A stretch of DNA of 64,000 nucleotides, from contig JACORW010000018.1 of NCBI GenBank assembly GCA_016179185.1, positions 5,227 through 69,226 of the forward strand, read 5' to 3'. This stretch comes from Gammaproteobacteria bacterium. GTDB taxonomy: Bacteria; Pseudomonadota; Gammaproteobacteria; Eutrophobiales; Eutrophobiaceae. Shown piece by piece: positions 26,775 through 36,915 of the stretch (its first letter is position 1; every line of letters starts with the position of its first letter). Under the pieces are notes generated by a model that was not told where the DNA came from, ran no database searches, and was given only the letters and a program-made list of their open reading frames with translations. Both the position numbers and the translations under genes were made by a program.

Positions 26775-27175
26775 TGCCGTTTCCGGCCCCGGTGCCGGGC
26801 GCCATTGTCTGGTGCCGTTTCCCGGAGCGGGAACTGCGAACCCGGGGAATCAAGCCTCGCCCCGGACTGGTCCTCGCAGTTGGCGACTCGAAGGAAGGCG
26901 TGGTGATGGTAAAAATCGCCTACGGCACCAGCCGAAAGGTTGCTGATCTGCATCGCGGGGAATTCGCCATCACGCCCGCTGACGGCGAAGCATTTCGGGT
27001 CTCCGGGTTGTCGCTGGCGACTAAATTCAATCTGACTGACGCAACGGAGCTTCCCTACACGGAGAAATGGTTTTCCGTCGCGCGCAATGCGCGCCATGGT
27101 CAGGCGCCTGTGCTCGGATTCCTGCACGCAAGCCTGTACAAGCGTGCGGCGGCGGCATTGGCAGCAAGTTCCTGA
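26774..27175 (+). CDS. PemK/MazF-like toxin
   Basis: PGAIVWCRFP...GIKPRPGLVL...IAYGTS motifs. Confidence 0.75.
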   Translation: MPFPAPVPGAIVWCRFPERELRTRGIKPRPGLVLAVGDSKEGVVMVKIAYGTSRKVADLHRGEFAITPADGEAFRVSGLSLATKFNLTDATELPYTEKWFSVARNARHGQAPVLGFLHASLYKRAAAALAASS

Positions 27176-27178
27176 CTG

Positions 27179-28195
27179 CTAGAAATCCACTTCAATGCTG
27201 AGCTTCAGCGTGGCGTCGGGAGTATTCCCGTTGAGCCCGGCGAGGAAGCCCAGGCCGATTGTCATGCGCGTTCCCTCCGGGTCGCTTTCGGTATCCTCCA
27301 ATGACTGGGTTATCGGAGGGTGTGCACCGGTACCGACGCGACGGCCGACGTCGGTACTGTAGTAAAGGACGGGGCCGAGGCGATGCTGATCGGAATCCCC
27401 GAAGCGAAGCGACCCGGCGGACCGGTGTCCGGTTCCGCCAACCCGCTCCACGGTGCCGTAGGCCTCCAGTGTGAGCGTCCAGCCAGGGGAGAACGAATTG
27501 GCGATCTGCGCCGCATAGGCAAGATCCCACTTGTTATCGCGCTGCCCACCTTCATTCGGCCGGCCGTCGAAGTTGTGCACGGCCATGGGGATCAGCGAAG
27601 CCGACCAGGCGTCGAGGGCAAGTTCGATAATCGGCCCTAAAATAACTGAGTCCGGTTCTTCGCGATCGATCGGGCGCTCCACCTCCGCGACAAATCCCAG
27701 GCCGACACCATCGCCCTGGCGCGGAAGCAGCACGGCGATCACCTCGGCACCCAGCTCGGCAAGTTTCAATTTTTCGAACGCATCGGCATCGGCGATGGCG
27801 GCCGGCTCGCCGGCACGTTCCTTCTCGAACTCGATGCCGATCCGTATTTTCAAAAATCTCGTGAAGCCCTTTTCAATCTCGAAGGCGTGGCGCTGGCGGC
27901 TGATCGCGTTCTCGTCGAAGAGCGGTTCGGAAGGATTGCTGGCATCAATCCGGCGCTCGGGCTGACCCCAGGAACAGGCGTTCTGGCTCTGGAACTGCAC
28001 GTGGTCCGGGTCCGATTCGAGATCCTTGAGCTCGAACTGTCCGATCACCGGTTCGGCAAACGCGGGCCGGGTGCCCAGGCCTTGCGCCAGCGCCGCCCAA
28101 AGCACAGCCGCAAGTACCGCCCCGAGCCGGATACCGGCGCGGCGCAACGCCGCCGGGCTGCCACGCGCGTGCGGCGCGATATCATCGCTGGGCAT
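27179..28195 (-). CDS. Hypothetical exported/outer-membrane beta-barrel protein
   Basis: Signal-like N-terminus ending PAFA, amphipathic beta segments and C-terminal LKLSIEVDF; start uncertain. Confidence 0.6.
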   Translation of the reverse strand: MPSDDIAPHARGSPAALRRAGIRLGAVLAAVLWAALAQGLGTRPAFAEPVIGQFELKDLESDPDHVQFQSQNACSWGQPERRIDASNPSEPLFDENAISRQRHAFEIEKGFTRFLKIRIGIEFEKERAGEPAAIADADAFEKLKLAELGAEVIAVLLPRQGDGVGLGFVAEVERPIDREEPDSVILGPIIELALDAWSASLIPMAVHNFDGRPNEGGQRDNKWDLAYAAQIANSFSPGWTLTLEAYGTVERVGGTGHRSAGSLRFGDSDQHRLGPVLYYSTDVGRRVGTGAHPPITQSLEDTESDPEGTRMTIGLGFLAGLNGNTPDATLKLSIEVDF

Positions 28196-28292
28196 TGAAG
28201 CACTCCCCGTGCAATGCCGCCGCGCGAAGCGTGCGCGCGGTTCCCGGTCGCAGGAAATTTTACCGTTGCGGCCGGGAGTATATCCCGGCGGG

Positions 28293-29057
28293 CTATACCC
28301 GGTAGGCGCTGTCCGGGCGGGCGTCCGTCGCGGTATTGGGCGGATAAGATCGCCACTTGTCGGCGTAGTACCTCTGTCGCATGTCACCGTCGGACCGGCG
28401 ATTGAAGGTGAGATAAATGTTGCGTCGCGGACGATCGCTGGTATTCGCCGGCGATCCGTGCGGTACGTAACAGTCGAAGAAAACCACATCCCCGGGCTCA
28501 CCCTCGAGCAGCAGATATTCATCCTCGGGCTGATACGGCGGGTCGGCCTCGGACAGCGGCTGCCACTCCGGCCCCATCAGGTGGTGCTGATAGTTACCGG
28601 ATTTCATGATGCTCAACGCCGCATTTTCGCGGGTGTTTGGATCCACCATGATTGCCATGGTGATGAAAAATTTTCCATAGGCGTTCCAGCCCGCAGCCTG
28701 GTCCTGGTGCAGCTTGTCCGGGCGGCACCCCGGAAGTTTGTAATTGACCTTCTCCTTGAACAGCAGCGGCGGCTCATCCAGGAGCTCGGTGAGGCATTGC
28801 AGCGTCCTGGCGTTGAGCAGCAGCTTTTCAATCTCCGCATTGTGTTCTCCAAGGAGAAATTCCGCCCGCACCAGCAGGTTTGCCCCGGTTACCGGGCTGC
28901 GCTCGTAGTACTTTGTCTCGCGCCCCGGTGCCGGCGGCGCCTGCCGCAATCGTTCGAGCCAGTCGGCCAGGCGCCCAACCTCCGCCGGCCCGAAGAATCC
29001 CCTGAGCAAGACAAACCCCTTGTGCCTGAAAAAAGCAATTTGTTCCGTGGTGAGCAT
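28293..29057 (-). CDS. Fe(II)/2OG dioxygenase, PhyH family (PhnY-like)
   Basis: FKEKVNYKLPG, LHQDQAAGW (HxD), VPHGSPAN and RRNIYLTFN. Confidence 0.85.
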   Translation of the reverse strand: MLTTEQIAFFRHKGFVLLRGFFGPAEVGRLADWLERLRQAPPAPGRETKYYERSPVTGANLLVRAEFLLGEHNAEIEKLLLNARTLQCLTELLDEPPLLFKEKVNYKLPGCRPDKLHQDQAAGWNAYGKFFITMAIMVDPNTRENAALSIMKSGNYQHHLMGPEWQPLSEADPPYQPEDEYLLLEGEPGDVVFFDCYVPHGSPANTSDRPRRNIYLTFNRRSDGDMRQRYYADKWRSYPPNTATDARPDSAYRV

Positions 29058-29249
29058 GATGCAAGGCCTCCGGGCCGGATGCGCCGGGCCGGTGTGCGAC
29101 GCCACCGGGACCGGGTTCGGTTTGTGGTGTGTTATCGCGCGCAACATAAATGCCCTGCCTGACGCCGGAATTGATTTGGATCATGGTGCTGCACGTTACC
29201 GGAGCCCTCGCAACCCCGTCGAAATGGCGTGGTACCCGGATACCGGTAT

Positions 29250-31058
29250 TCAGTCCGCCGGCAGACTGGCAGGCGGGAAATACTCGCCGACCAGCGTCCG
29301 CTTCCACCAATCCCCGGTTTCAGCGCGTTGTTCCGGCGTCGTGAATTCGTAGCGGTAGAAGCGGGCGCGGACCCAGCGCGGCGGCGCGTCTAAAAAAGGA
29401 TTCTCCGCCAGCAATGCGGTAACGGCGGGGCTATTCTGCAACAGCCGAAACAGGAAGTTGCGAAACCACGGCTCGCGATCAGGATTGCTGAGCGCCGCAA
29501 ACCACATCTGCCAGTCCACGCGCGGTTGATGGGGAATGATCCAGCCGCCGATCCCGTTCAGCGGGCCGGGTTTGTGCGGGAACCGGTACACACGCCAGTC
29601 GCTGCCGTCGTTACTCCCCTCGATCTCGATTTCATGGCGCACGGTGGTCATCACGGCGAACGGGCCATAGTTGTTGATGCAACGGCAGGGGGCTGCGGCC
29701 CGCGTGATCGGTGACAGCGGACCGGACTGGCCGCGGGAGATCGTGCTCAACAACAGTTCAGAGCTGCTGAACAGCACAATGGCGGCGAACAGCCAGGTCA
29801 GCGCGCCCGCAATACGGCCCGGGGCCTCAACCCGTGCGGCCTGCAACCGCAAGGCGATGCGGCGCGGCAGCAGGCAGCGCAGCGCCGCGTCATCGAACAG
29901 GAACAGGCAGATGCACAGGGTCAGCAGGTTGAAGAAGTTGTAATTCCCGGTCAGCAGGATGGCGAATTGCAGCAGAATGAAGCACCAGGCGGCGAACATT
30001 CTCGGACGGCGCGGCGCGAAGATCAGAAACGGCAGCAGGAGTTCGATGATCAGGGTCGCGCCGGTCAGCCCCATCAGCGCGGATTCCGGGAGCTGATGCG
30101 CATACCAGCCGGCAACGTTCGGCAGCGGCTGCGTCTCGAAGTGGTAGTTCAGCGCCGTCAGGCTGTCCCAGGTCCGATCGCCGCTGATGATCTTGACCAT
30201 GCCGCCGAGGAACATGAACCGGAACACCAGCCAGCGATACAGCCAGACGATGATTGTCGATCCGCCGCGCAGGAATATCGCCAGCGCGCCCGCCTCCAGC
30301 AACAACATGTCCCACTGAAAGGCCATGAACACCTGGCCCGCGATCACGAGAGACAGGTAGAGCAGGAACAGCGCGACCAGCGCCGGCGTCGCAAATACGT
30401 TGCAGACCACGAGCAGGGCCAGCAGCACTCCCGCAACGCAGGTGCCCACCAGGGTCATGTCGCCGGCGTCGAACCAGAACACCATCGGCGCAAGGCTCCA
30501 GGCCCGCGTTCCGAAGTGCTCGCGCAGCGCGGTCAGGAAATTCGTGACCGGAAGGATCCCATCGCTGCCGATGAGCCCGGTGATCTGCGTGCCGAAGGAG
30601 ACAAAAGCGCCGAGGTAGATGAGCCCGAGCAGGCGCAGAAACATCCAGCTCGTGGCAGTCCACACCGGCGGCTGGAAATTGCGGCCCCAGAAAAAATGGG
30701 TCAGGAAAGCCAGCAAACCGCGATGGTCCGCAAAGAAAGAGTAGCCCGCCTCGCTCAGGGGACGGAAACCCGGCAGCCACCGGTAAAGGATCGCGAGCAA
30801 ACCCTGCGGAAACCGGCCGCGATAGATTTGAAACGTCGCGTCCGCGCCGGTGGCGATCCGGCTGTCGGGGAAAAACAGGTGCACGGCCCGGGCGAATTTT
30901 CCAGGCGCGATGTCCGGGTACTGGCCGGCGGCCTGCTGGTAAGGACAATAGTCAATGGCCGCGCCGGTCAGCGCCCGCCAGTAATTCACCCATTCAACGC
31001 AAATGCCGCAATCGCCGTCGTAGACGAACAGGGGGCGGGCAGGGACGGGGTCAGCCAT
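29250..31058 (-). CDS. DCC1-like thiol-disulfide domain fused to lipase maturation factor domain
   Basis: YDGDCGIC N-terminal motif; FQWDMLLLEAG, HFETQPLP, TGNYNFFN and PHQPRVDWQMWFAAL. Confidence 0.88.
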   Translation of the reverse strand: MADPVPARPLFVYDGDCGICVEWVNYWRALTGAAIDYCPYQQAAGQYPDIAPGKFARAVHLFFPDSRIATGADATFQIYRGRFPQGLLAILYRWLPGFRPLSEAGYSFFADHRGLLAFLTHFFWGRNFQPPVWTATSWMFLRLLGLIYLGAFVSFGTQITGLIGSDGILPVTNFLTALREHFGTRAWSLAPMVFWFDAGDMTLVGTCVAGVLLALLVVCNVFATPALVALFLLYLSLVIAGQVFMAFQWDMLLLEAGALAIFLRGGSTIIVWLYRWLVFRFMFLGGMVKIISGDRTWDSLTALNYHFETQPLPNVAGWYAHQLPESALMGLTGATLIIELLLPFLIFAPRRPRMFAAWCFILLQFAILLTGNYNFFNLLTLCICLFLFDDAALRCLLPRRIALRLQAARVEAPGRIAGALTWLFAAIVLFSSSELLLSTISRGQSGPLSPITRAAAPCRCINNYGPFAVMTTVRHEIEIEGSNDGSDWRVYRFPHKPGPLNGIGGWIIPHQPRVDWQMWFAALSNPDREPWFRNFLFRLLQNSPAVTALLAENPFLDAPPRWVRARFYRYEFTTPEQRAETGDWWKRTLVGEYFPPASLPAD

Positions 31059-31170
31059 TCACGATCATCATAACTGAGTATGAGATGGGTCCATTCCTTG
31101 TGGGAGCCTCTTAAGTTTTTCAGAGGCTCACTAAGCCAAACGCCAATGTGGTTGCGTATAGTGTCGGCAA

Positions 31171-32772
31171 ATGAACGGCAGCGAAGGCACCGATCGAATC
31201 CGGCAAATCCACCGGAAGAGCTGGCGATTGATTGATTCCCGCCGCTTCGCCGAGGCCCTGCCTCTGGTGCGCGCGGGGCTTAAGGATTCTGCCGATGACC
31301 CGGTTCTCCTGGCCATGCTGGGCATGTGCCTGTGGGAAACCGGAAAGGTCGAGTCCGCCGGGAAGCGCCTGCGCCGGGCATGTCGCCTTGCAACTGACGA
31401 TGCGCGCCTGCAATCCGTCATTGGTATTTTTTTCTACCGCAAGCGGCGGTTTGCCGCGGCGGCACGATGCTTCCGCCGCGCCTGCGAACTGGTGCCGGGA
31501 AATCACGAACATTGGTACCGGCGGGGATCGGCCCTTGCGTTCCTCGGCGAATGGAAGGCGTCGGCGCAGGCCCTGCAGACGGCGCTGTCTTTGAACCCCA
31601 ATCACGCGGACGCCCACTTTGAACTGGGAAAATGTCGGCTTGCCGCCGACGATCTGCCGGGGGCGATCATGTTGCTGGATCGCGCCGCCGGACTGGAGCC
31701 GGGCAATTTGCGGGTTCGGATCACCGCGGCCGCCGTCAGGGAAGAACTCGACGCACGGGAATCGGGGCGGCCCGGGGGTCGCCGAATCGTCCTGCATACC
31801 AACAATGATCTGCATCTGTCCATTCTCGGGCCGGTCCTTGCAGCGCTTGCGCCCCGGCATTACGTGCGCATCACCGGTGACCCGAATCTGACGGCAATGT
31901 TCAACCCGGAGCTTGTCATCGTCGCCGATGCGCAGGCCGGGCGCCTGCGTCCCCTGACGCCCGGCGCCCGGTACATCTATGTCCGGCATGGGTTGATTAC
32001 CAAGAATCACGCGTTCAAGGCTGCCGGCCTTTGCGATTACCTCGCCGGGGTCTCGAGCCCTGCGATCCGCGACCTTGCGATCAAGCACGGAGGATTCTCA
32101 CCGGAACGGGTCTGGGTAACCGGCCATGTGCAGATGGATCCGTTGTTCCGCGGGATCCCTCTGCCCCGGCCGGTTGAATTGCCGCAGGGGCGGCGGACCG
32201 TGCTGTTTGCCCCGACCTATAATCCCAGACTTTCCGCTGCGCCGATGCTGGGAAAGCGCGCCGCGGAACTCCTGCGGGGCGGAAGGCGTGACCTCAACAT
32301 TGTCATCAAGCCCCATCCGATAACCTGGAAAGTTGCCCCGGACTGGTTGCGGATCTGGCGCCGGCAGGCGCGCGACAGCGATGACGTTTATCTTGTCGAG
32401 GACCCCTCGGCCGACGCCATGTCCCTGCTCCAGGCCGCCGACGTGCTCGTCTCCGACGCGTGCAGCATGGCCTTTGCCTACCTGGTCATGGACCGGCCCA
32501 TTATCCTGTTGACCAATCCCGACCACCGGGAGGATCCGAACTATGACCCGGTCGGGATTGAGTGGCTGTGGCGGGACCTGGGCGAGGAGTTGTTCGACGC
32601 GGAAGAGCTTCCCGCCGCGGTGGCCCGGGCACTGGACCACCCGGAGCGGCATGCGGACCGGCGGGCCAGATACCGCGAACTGTTGTACGGTGATCTGACC
32701 GACGGACGGGCGGCGGAGCGCATTGCCGCGCACATAGATGCGCTGAGTTTTGACGAGAGGCGGGGGACGTGA
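31171..32772 (+). CDS. TPR repeats fused to CDP-glycerol glycerophosphotransferase (TagF-like GT-B) domain
   Basis: N-terminal TPR helices; VRHG, VLFAPTY, IKPHP and AADVLVSDACS. Confidence 0.8.
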   Translation: MNGSEGTDRIRQIHRKSWRLIDSRRFAEALPLVRAGLKDSADDPVLLAMLGMCLWETGKVESAGKRLRRACRLATDDARLQSVIGIFFYRKRRFAAAARCFRRACELVPGNHEHWYRRGSALAFLGEWKASAQALQTALSLNPNHADAHFELGKCRLAADDLPGAIMLLDRAAGLEPGNLRVRITAAAVREELDARESGRPGGRRIVLHTNNDLHLSILGPVLAALAPRHYVRITGDPNLTAMFNPELVIVADAQAGRLRPLTPGARYIYVRHGLITKNHAFKAAGLCDYLAGVSSPAIRDLAIKHGGFSPERVWVTGHVQMDPLFRGIPLPRPVELPQGRRTVLFAPTYNPRLSAAPMLGKRAAELLRGGRRDLNIVIKPHPITWKVAPDWLRIWRRQARDSDDVYLVEDPSADAMSLLQAADVLVSDACSMAFAYLVMDRPIILLTNPDHREDPNYDPVGIEWLWRDLGEELFDAEELPAAVARALDHPERHADRRARYRELLYGDLTDGRAAERIAAHIDALSFDERRGT

Positions 32773-34214
32773 TTGAGATCCGCGGGAGTTGTTCCATCGC
32801 CGCGGCCGATGGCGGCGAGGATTGGAATGGAGACCGGCTGCGGTCGGAAATTTCCCGTCGCGCGGCCGTGCTGCGCGAAAACAGCATCGAGCGGGGGGAT
32901 CGCATACTGCTGCACCGGGGCAGCGAGCCTGCGTTCTTTGCCGATCTGCTGGCGGCGTGGCGGTTGGGCGCCTGTGTGGCCTGCACCAATCCGGGACTGA
33001 GCCGGGAGGAACTGGCGAACGTCGTCGAGTTCATCTCGGCTTCCGTGATCGTCGCGCGCAAGGGAACGGTGGACGGAATCCACGGTGCGCGGGAAGTGTA
33101 CCCGGATGAACATTCTCCTGCCGGCGGGTTGCCGGTTGACCCCGGCGGCGCGAGTCTGGACGACCCGGCGCTGATCCTGTTCACTTCCGGGACGACGGGC
33201 ACGCCCAAAGGCGTCGTGCACAGTTTCCGCTCCCTGCTGGCGCGCGTTGCGCTCAATCGGGCATATATCGGCGACGACGCGCTGGCGGAGACCCTGTGTG
33301 TATTGCCAACCCATTTCGGTCATGGCCTGATCGGTAACTGCCTGACTCCGCTTCTATCCGGTCAGCGCCTGGTCCTCGCCCCTGGCACCGACATCGGGCG
33401 CGCCGCAGCCCTCGGCGGGCTGATTGACCGGTACGGTATTACGTTCATGAGTTCCGTGCCGGCGTTCTGGCGCGTGGTTCTGAAGGTTGCCGCGCCGCCG
33501 AAGGCGGGAACGCTGCGCCGCGTGCATGTGGGTTCAGCCCCCCTTTCCGCGGAGTTGTGGAAGCGGATCATTGAATGGGCGGGAACGAAGGACGTGGTCA
33601 ACATGTATGGCATCACGGAGACCGCCAACTGGCTCGCCGGATCCTCGGCCCTGGAGTTCACGCCGGAGGACGGCCTGGTCGGACGCATGTGGGGCGGCGC
33701 CATCGGCGTGCTGGGTGACAACGGACAGGTCCGGTCCGAAGGCGAGGGCGAACTGCTGGTGCAGAGCCCTTCCCTGATGCAGGGCTATTACATGCTGCCC
33801 GATCTGACCGAAACCGTGTTGCGTAACGGCTGGTTCCATACCGGGGACGTTGGCCGCGTTGATGCGTCCGGCGTGGCGCGGTTGACGGGCCGGCGCAAGC
33901 ATGAGATCAACCGGGCGGGGATCAAGATCCACCCCGAGGACATTGACCTGCTCCTGGAACGGCATCCGGGCGTGCTGGAATCCTGCGCGTTCGGCATTCC
34001 CGACGAGATCAGCGGCGAGATTGTCGGCGTGGCAGTGCGGCTGGATGCCGCTTGCAGCGATACGGTGGAGAGCCTGCGCGGCTGGTGCAGGGAGCGCGTC
34101 CGGCGCGAGGCGGTGCCGGAACGCTGGTTTCTGGTGAACGAAATCCCCCGGACGGATCGGGGAAAGATCAACCGAGAAGCGGTCATGCGCCGCTGCCTGG
34201 AGGGGGCCGCGTGA
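32769..34214 (+). CDS. AMP-forming acyl-CoA/acyl-ACP ligase
   Basis: FTSGTTGTPKG, MYGITE, WFHTGD and PRTDRGKINR. Confidence 0.9.
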   Translation: MIEIRGSCSIAAADGGEDWNGDRLRSEISRRAAVLRENSIERGDRILLHRGSEPAFFADLLAAWRLGACVACTNPGLSREELANVVEFISASVIVARKGTVDGIHGAREVYPDEHSPAGGLPVDPGGASLDDPALILFTSGTTGTPKGVVHSFRSLLARVALNRAYIGDDALAETLCVLPTHFGHGLIGNCLTPLLSGQRLVLAPGTDIGRAAALGGLIDRYGITFMSSVPAFWRVVLKVAAPPKAGTLRRVHVGSAPLSAELWKRIIEWAGTKDVVNMYGITETANWLAGSSALEFTPEDGLVGRMWGGAIGVLGDNGQVRSEGEGELLVQSPSLMQGYYMLPDLTETVLRNGWFHTGDVGRVDASGVARLTGRRKHEINRAGIKIHPEDIDLLLERHPGVLESCAFGIPDEISGEIVGVAVRLDAACSDTVESLRGWCRERVRREAVPERWFLVNEIPRTDRGKINREAVMRRCLEGAA

Positions 34215-34783
34215 ACTGGCGGCCGGGACAACCCGTGTGCCTCGGGACGGAACGCTTCGAACTGCGCAGCCTGGGCGAAGGCGACGCCACGGAACGCTAC
34301 CTGGGCTGGTTGCGTGACGCGGAGGTGATGCGTTATGTAAACGCGCGGCGCGATGAAACCACCCTTGAGGAATTACGGTCCTTTATCCGGCGGCACGACA
34401 ACCGCGACAATTTTCTGTTGGGGATCTTCACGAAATCCGGCGGCCTGCATATCGGCAACCTGTCCGCCGAATGCCATCCGATCCATCGCACCGCGAAGCT
34501 GGGAGTACTGATCGGTGATCGCGCCTTCTGGGGGAAACGCGCGGTGCTGGAAGTGCGCACTATCTTCCTGGATTTCCTGTTCGGGCCGGCGGCGATGGTG
34601 AAGGTGTGGGGGCCCTGCTACGCGCACAACGTGCCTGCGCTGTTCAATTACCGGATGCTCGGATTCACCGTGGAGGGCGTGCAGCGATCCCACGTCGTAT
34701 GCGACGGGGAACGCATGGACGTCGTGAATTTCGCCATGTTCCGCGAGGACTGGCAGGCGCTCAGGGCGGCAAGCGGAAAATGA
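34211..34783 (+). CDS. GNAT (RimJ/RimL-type) N-acyltransferase
   Basis: YLGWLRDAEV, HIGNL, LGVLIGDRAFWGK and GFTVEG; GTG overlaps the ligase stop. Confidence 0.85.
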   Translation: MNWRPGQPVCLGTERFELRSLGEGDATERYLGWLRDAEVMRYVNARRDETTLEELRSFIRRHDNRDNFLLGIFTKSGGLHIGNLSAECHPIHRTAKLGVLIGDRAFWGKRAVLEVRTIFLDFLFGPAAMVKVWGPCYAHNVPALFNYRMLGFTVEGVQRSHVVCDGERMDVVNFAMFREDWQALRAASGK

Positions 34784-35016
34784 GCGGGGCAGCCGGACCG
34801 GCCCGCGCGCTGCTTGGAAAGGCATTGGGCCTTTCGCCCGCCGCCATCGCGGATGACGCCACTGTTCACGATCTGGAACAGTGGGACAGCCTCGGGCACA
34901 TGCGGCTGGTCGCGGCCATCGAAGCGGAAACCGGAACGATTCTTTCGGCGGAACAGATCCTCGCGCTGTCCTCGCTGCCGGACGTGGTGCGAATTCTTAC
35001 AAGGAGCGGCAAATAG
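34780..35016 (+). CDS. Acyl carrier protein
   Basis: 78 aa with the WDSLGHM phosphopantetheine site; ATGA overlap with the GNAT gene. Confidence 0.85.
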   Translation: MSGAAGPARALLGKALGLSPAAIADDATVHDLEQWDSLGHMRLVAAIEAETGTILSAEQILALSSLPDVVRILTRSGK

Positions 35017-35109
35017 AACACTTCGAGTGATGAGTCCCGGGAGAGGAGAGTTTGGAATTTCGCAAGTTGTTTCCGGGAGTTTACGCCGGCAGCGCTCCGG
35101 GGAGATCCG

Positions 35110-36915
35110 CTACCGCAGATGTTCCTCGGTATGCAGCGACAGCTCGATCAGTCGCTCCAGTATCTGCGGGGCGGGCAGTCCGGGGAAATTCCTCAGCACC
35201 ATTTCTTTCGCGAACAGCCGGGCAATATAGCGCAGCTTCAGCATCCGGTTGCGCGAGGCGAAAATGAAGTCGCGATGCCCGTTGTTGACGGCGATAAGAT
35301 TTTTCTCCGCGTCATAACGTGAACGCCAGGTCTGGCCCGGCACGTGTTCAAAGGTGTAACCGGGCAGCCCCTGGCGCGTTGCCGCGCGTTCGCCGGTCTC
35401 CGGGATCAGCGAGTCAGTGACGGTGATCAGGGCCTCGGCGTCACAGACAACATCGCCTTGCGTGGCGCTGACGCCGATGCGCACCAGCCCCGGCTCCTCG
35501 GGCGCATGGTAATGCGCGAATTCTCCGGCGCTTTCGTCAATCCTCCCGCCGCCCTCGACAATTCGCCAGGAGTAGACGACGTTTTCGGTTACCGCGTGCC
35601 GCGAACGATCCCGGGCGACGGCGCGAAAGTCGCGCGTGGTGTTCACGGCCAGTGTGCAGGCCCCGGGGGCGATGCGGACGCTGAATAACGGTCCGGCGAA
35701 CTCGAAGAACTGCCTTTGGGGCGAATCGTTCTCCGTTTCCCGTTCCGCGCCCGTGACCGGGTCGGCGACTTCATCGGCCGTGCCTGTTTCCGGGCGGCCG
35801 CGTGCCGAAGGTCGCTGCGAGTGCAAGTCGAACCAGTCGTATTCTTCCGGGGGCAGCGCCAGCATGGCCTCGCGAAAGGCCCGCTGAATGGAACGCAAAG
35901 TCCCGGTGCTGATGCGCTCCTCCTCGGCGCGTTTTTGTTCTTCGATGATCCGGATGAGTTCTGATTCCAGTGGTTTCAGGATTTCGACAAAGGATTCCAG
36001 CGCAGCGTCCTGGATGACGCCGGTGCGCGTGGCCGGGGTCAACTGGAGAAACGACACATCCACGATGCCCTGCAGAAAACCCTCCGTCCACGGCGGGCGC
36101 TGAAAGGAATCAAGTTCGGTGAGCGATTTCAGGATGCGCGTGCCGGAACGGTACAGCCCGACGGCGTTCTCCGCGCCGGCGTCCCCGATATACAACTCCA
36201 CGTATACATCGCCATGTGGGGATACGGCCACGGGCAGGTTGTGCAGCAACTGGCCGGTGAACTGGCGTGGTTCGACCAGGTATTCCTTGCGCGCGGCACG
36301 GTCGATCACCTTCACGGTAACACCGGACTGGCGGATCCGCTCGCGCAACTCGGAGGCGAGGTACCACTGAATTTTTTCGCCGCTAAGCCTGCGCACGCCG
36401 GGCAGCAGCGGGCGGATCTTGAGGCGCGTCCCGATCTCGGGCACCAGCGTATGACGGCGGGTGACCCGGTATTCCGGCCGGCCCTTGCGCATGTGCATTT
36501 CGTAGGTGCTGCCATCGGCGCCGGCGCAGCGCATCGCGAGTTCCTCGCCCACGGTCCAGAAACTCAACAGTCCGATCCCGAACTCGCCCTGAATGCCGCG
36601 CGCACCGTCCAGCTTCAGGCGGCGTTTTACGGAATCGCAGACGTGGGTTGCGACGTAACGAAAATCCGGGTTGCCATCGCCGTCTCTGGGCACGCCCGCG
36701 CCGTCGTCGGTTACCATCAGATAGGATTCACCGCTTTCCCGCCCGCGGGTGATGGTGATATTCCGGGCGCGGGCGTCAATGCTGTTCTCCACGAATTCCG
36801 CGATCGCCTTGAGGGGATTTTCCTGGGATAGGGCGATGATGGTGATCGCGTTCCAGTCATCGCCGATCTTGAGTCGGCCGGACGCGGCTTTGTCTTCGGT
36901 TCGGTTCCTGGCCAT
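35110..36915 (-). CDS. GHKL (MORC/Hsp90-like) ATPase with C-terminal Ig-like region
   Basis: AIAEFVENSIDA, DDGAGV, GEFGIGLLS and GT Bergerat motifs; no His-kinase H-box. Confidence 0.8.
   Translation of the reverse strand: MARNRTEDKAASGRLKIGDDWNAITIIALSQENPLKAIAEFVENSIDARARNITITRGRESGESYLMVTDDGAGVPRDGDGNPDFRYVATHVCDSVKRRLKLDGARGIQGEFGIGLLSFWTVGEELAMRCAGADGSTYEMHMRKGRPEYRVTRRHTLVPEIGTRLKIRPLLPGVRRLSGEKIQWYLASELRERIRQSGVTVKVIDRAARKEYLVEPRQFTGQLLHNLPVAVSPHGDVYVELYIGDAGAENAVGLYRSGTRILKSLTELDSFQRPPWTEGFLQGIVDVSFLQLTPATRTGVIQDAALESFVEILKPLESELIRIIEEQKRAEEERISTGTLRSIQRAFREAMLALPPEEYDWFDLHSQRPSARGRPETGTADEVADPVTGAERETENDSPQRQFFEFAGPLFSVRIAPGACTLAVNTTRDFRAVARDRSRHAVTENVVYSWRIVEGGGRIDESAGEFAHYHAPEEPGLVRIGVSATQGDVVCDAEALITVTDSLIPETGERAATRQGLPGYTFEHVPGQTWRSRYDAEKNLIAVNNGHRDFIFASRNRMLKLRYIARLFAKEMVLRNFPGLPAPQILERLIELSLHTEEHLR

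Noticed and set aside
31099-31135. IS terminal repeat or IS remnant (GAGCCTCT...AGAGGCTC)
   Set aside because: It is a single short hairpin with no transposase, partner end or target duplication
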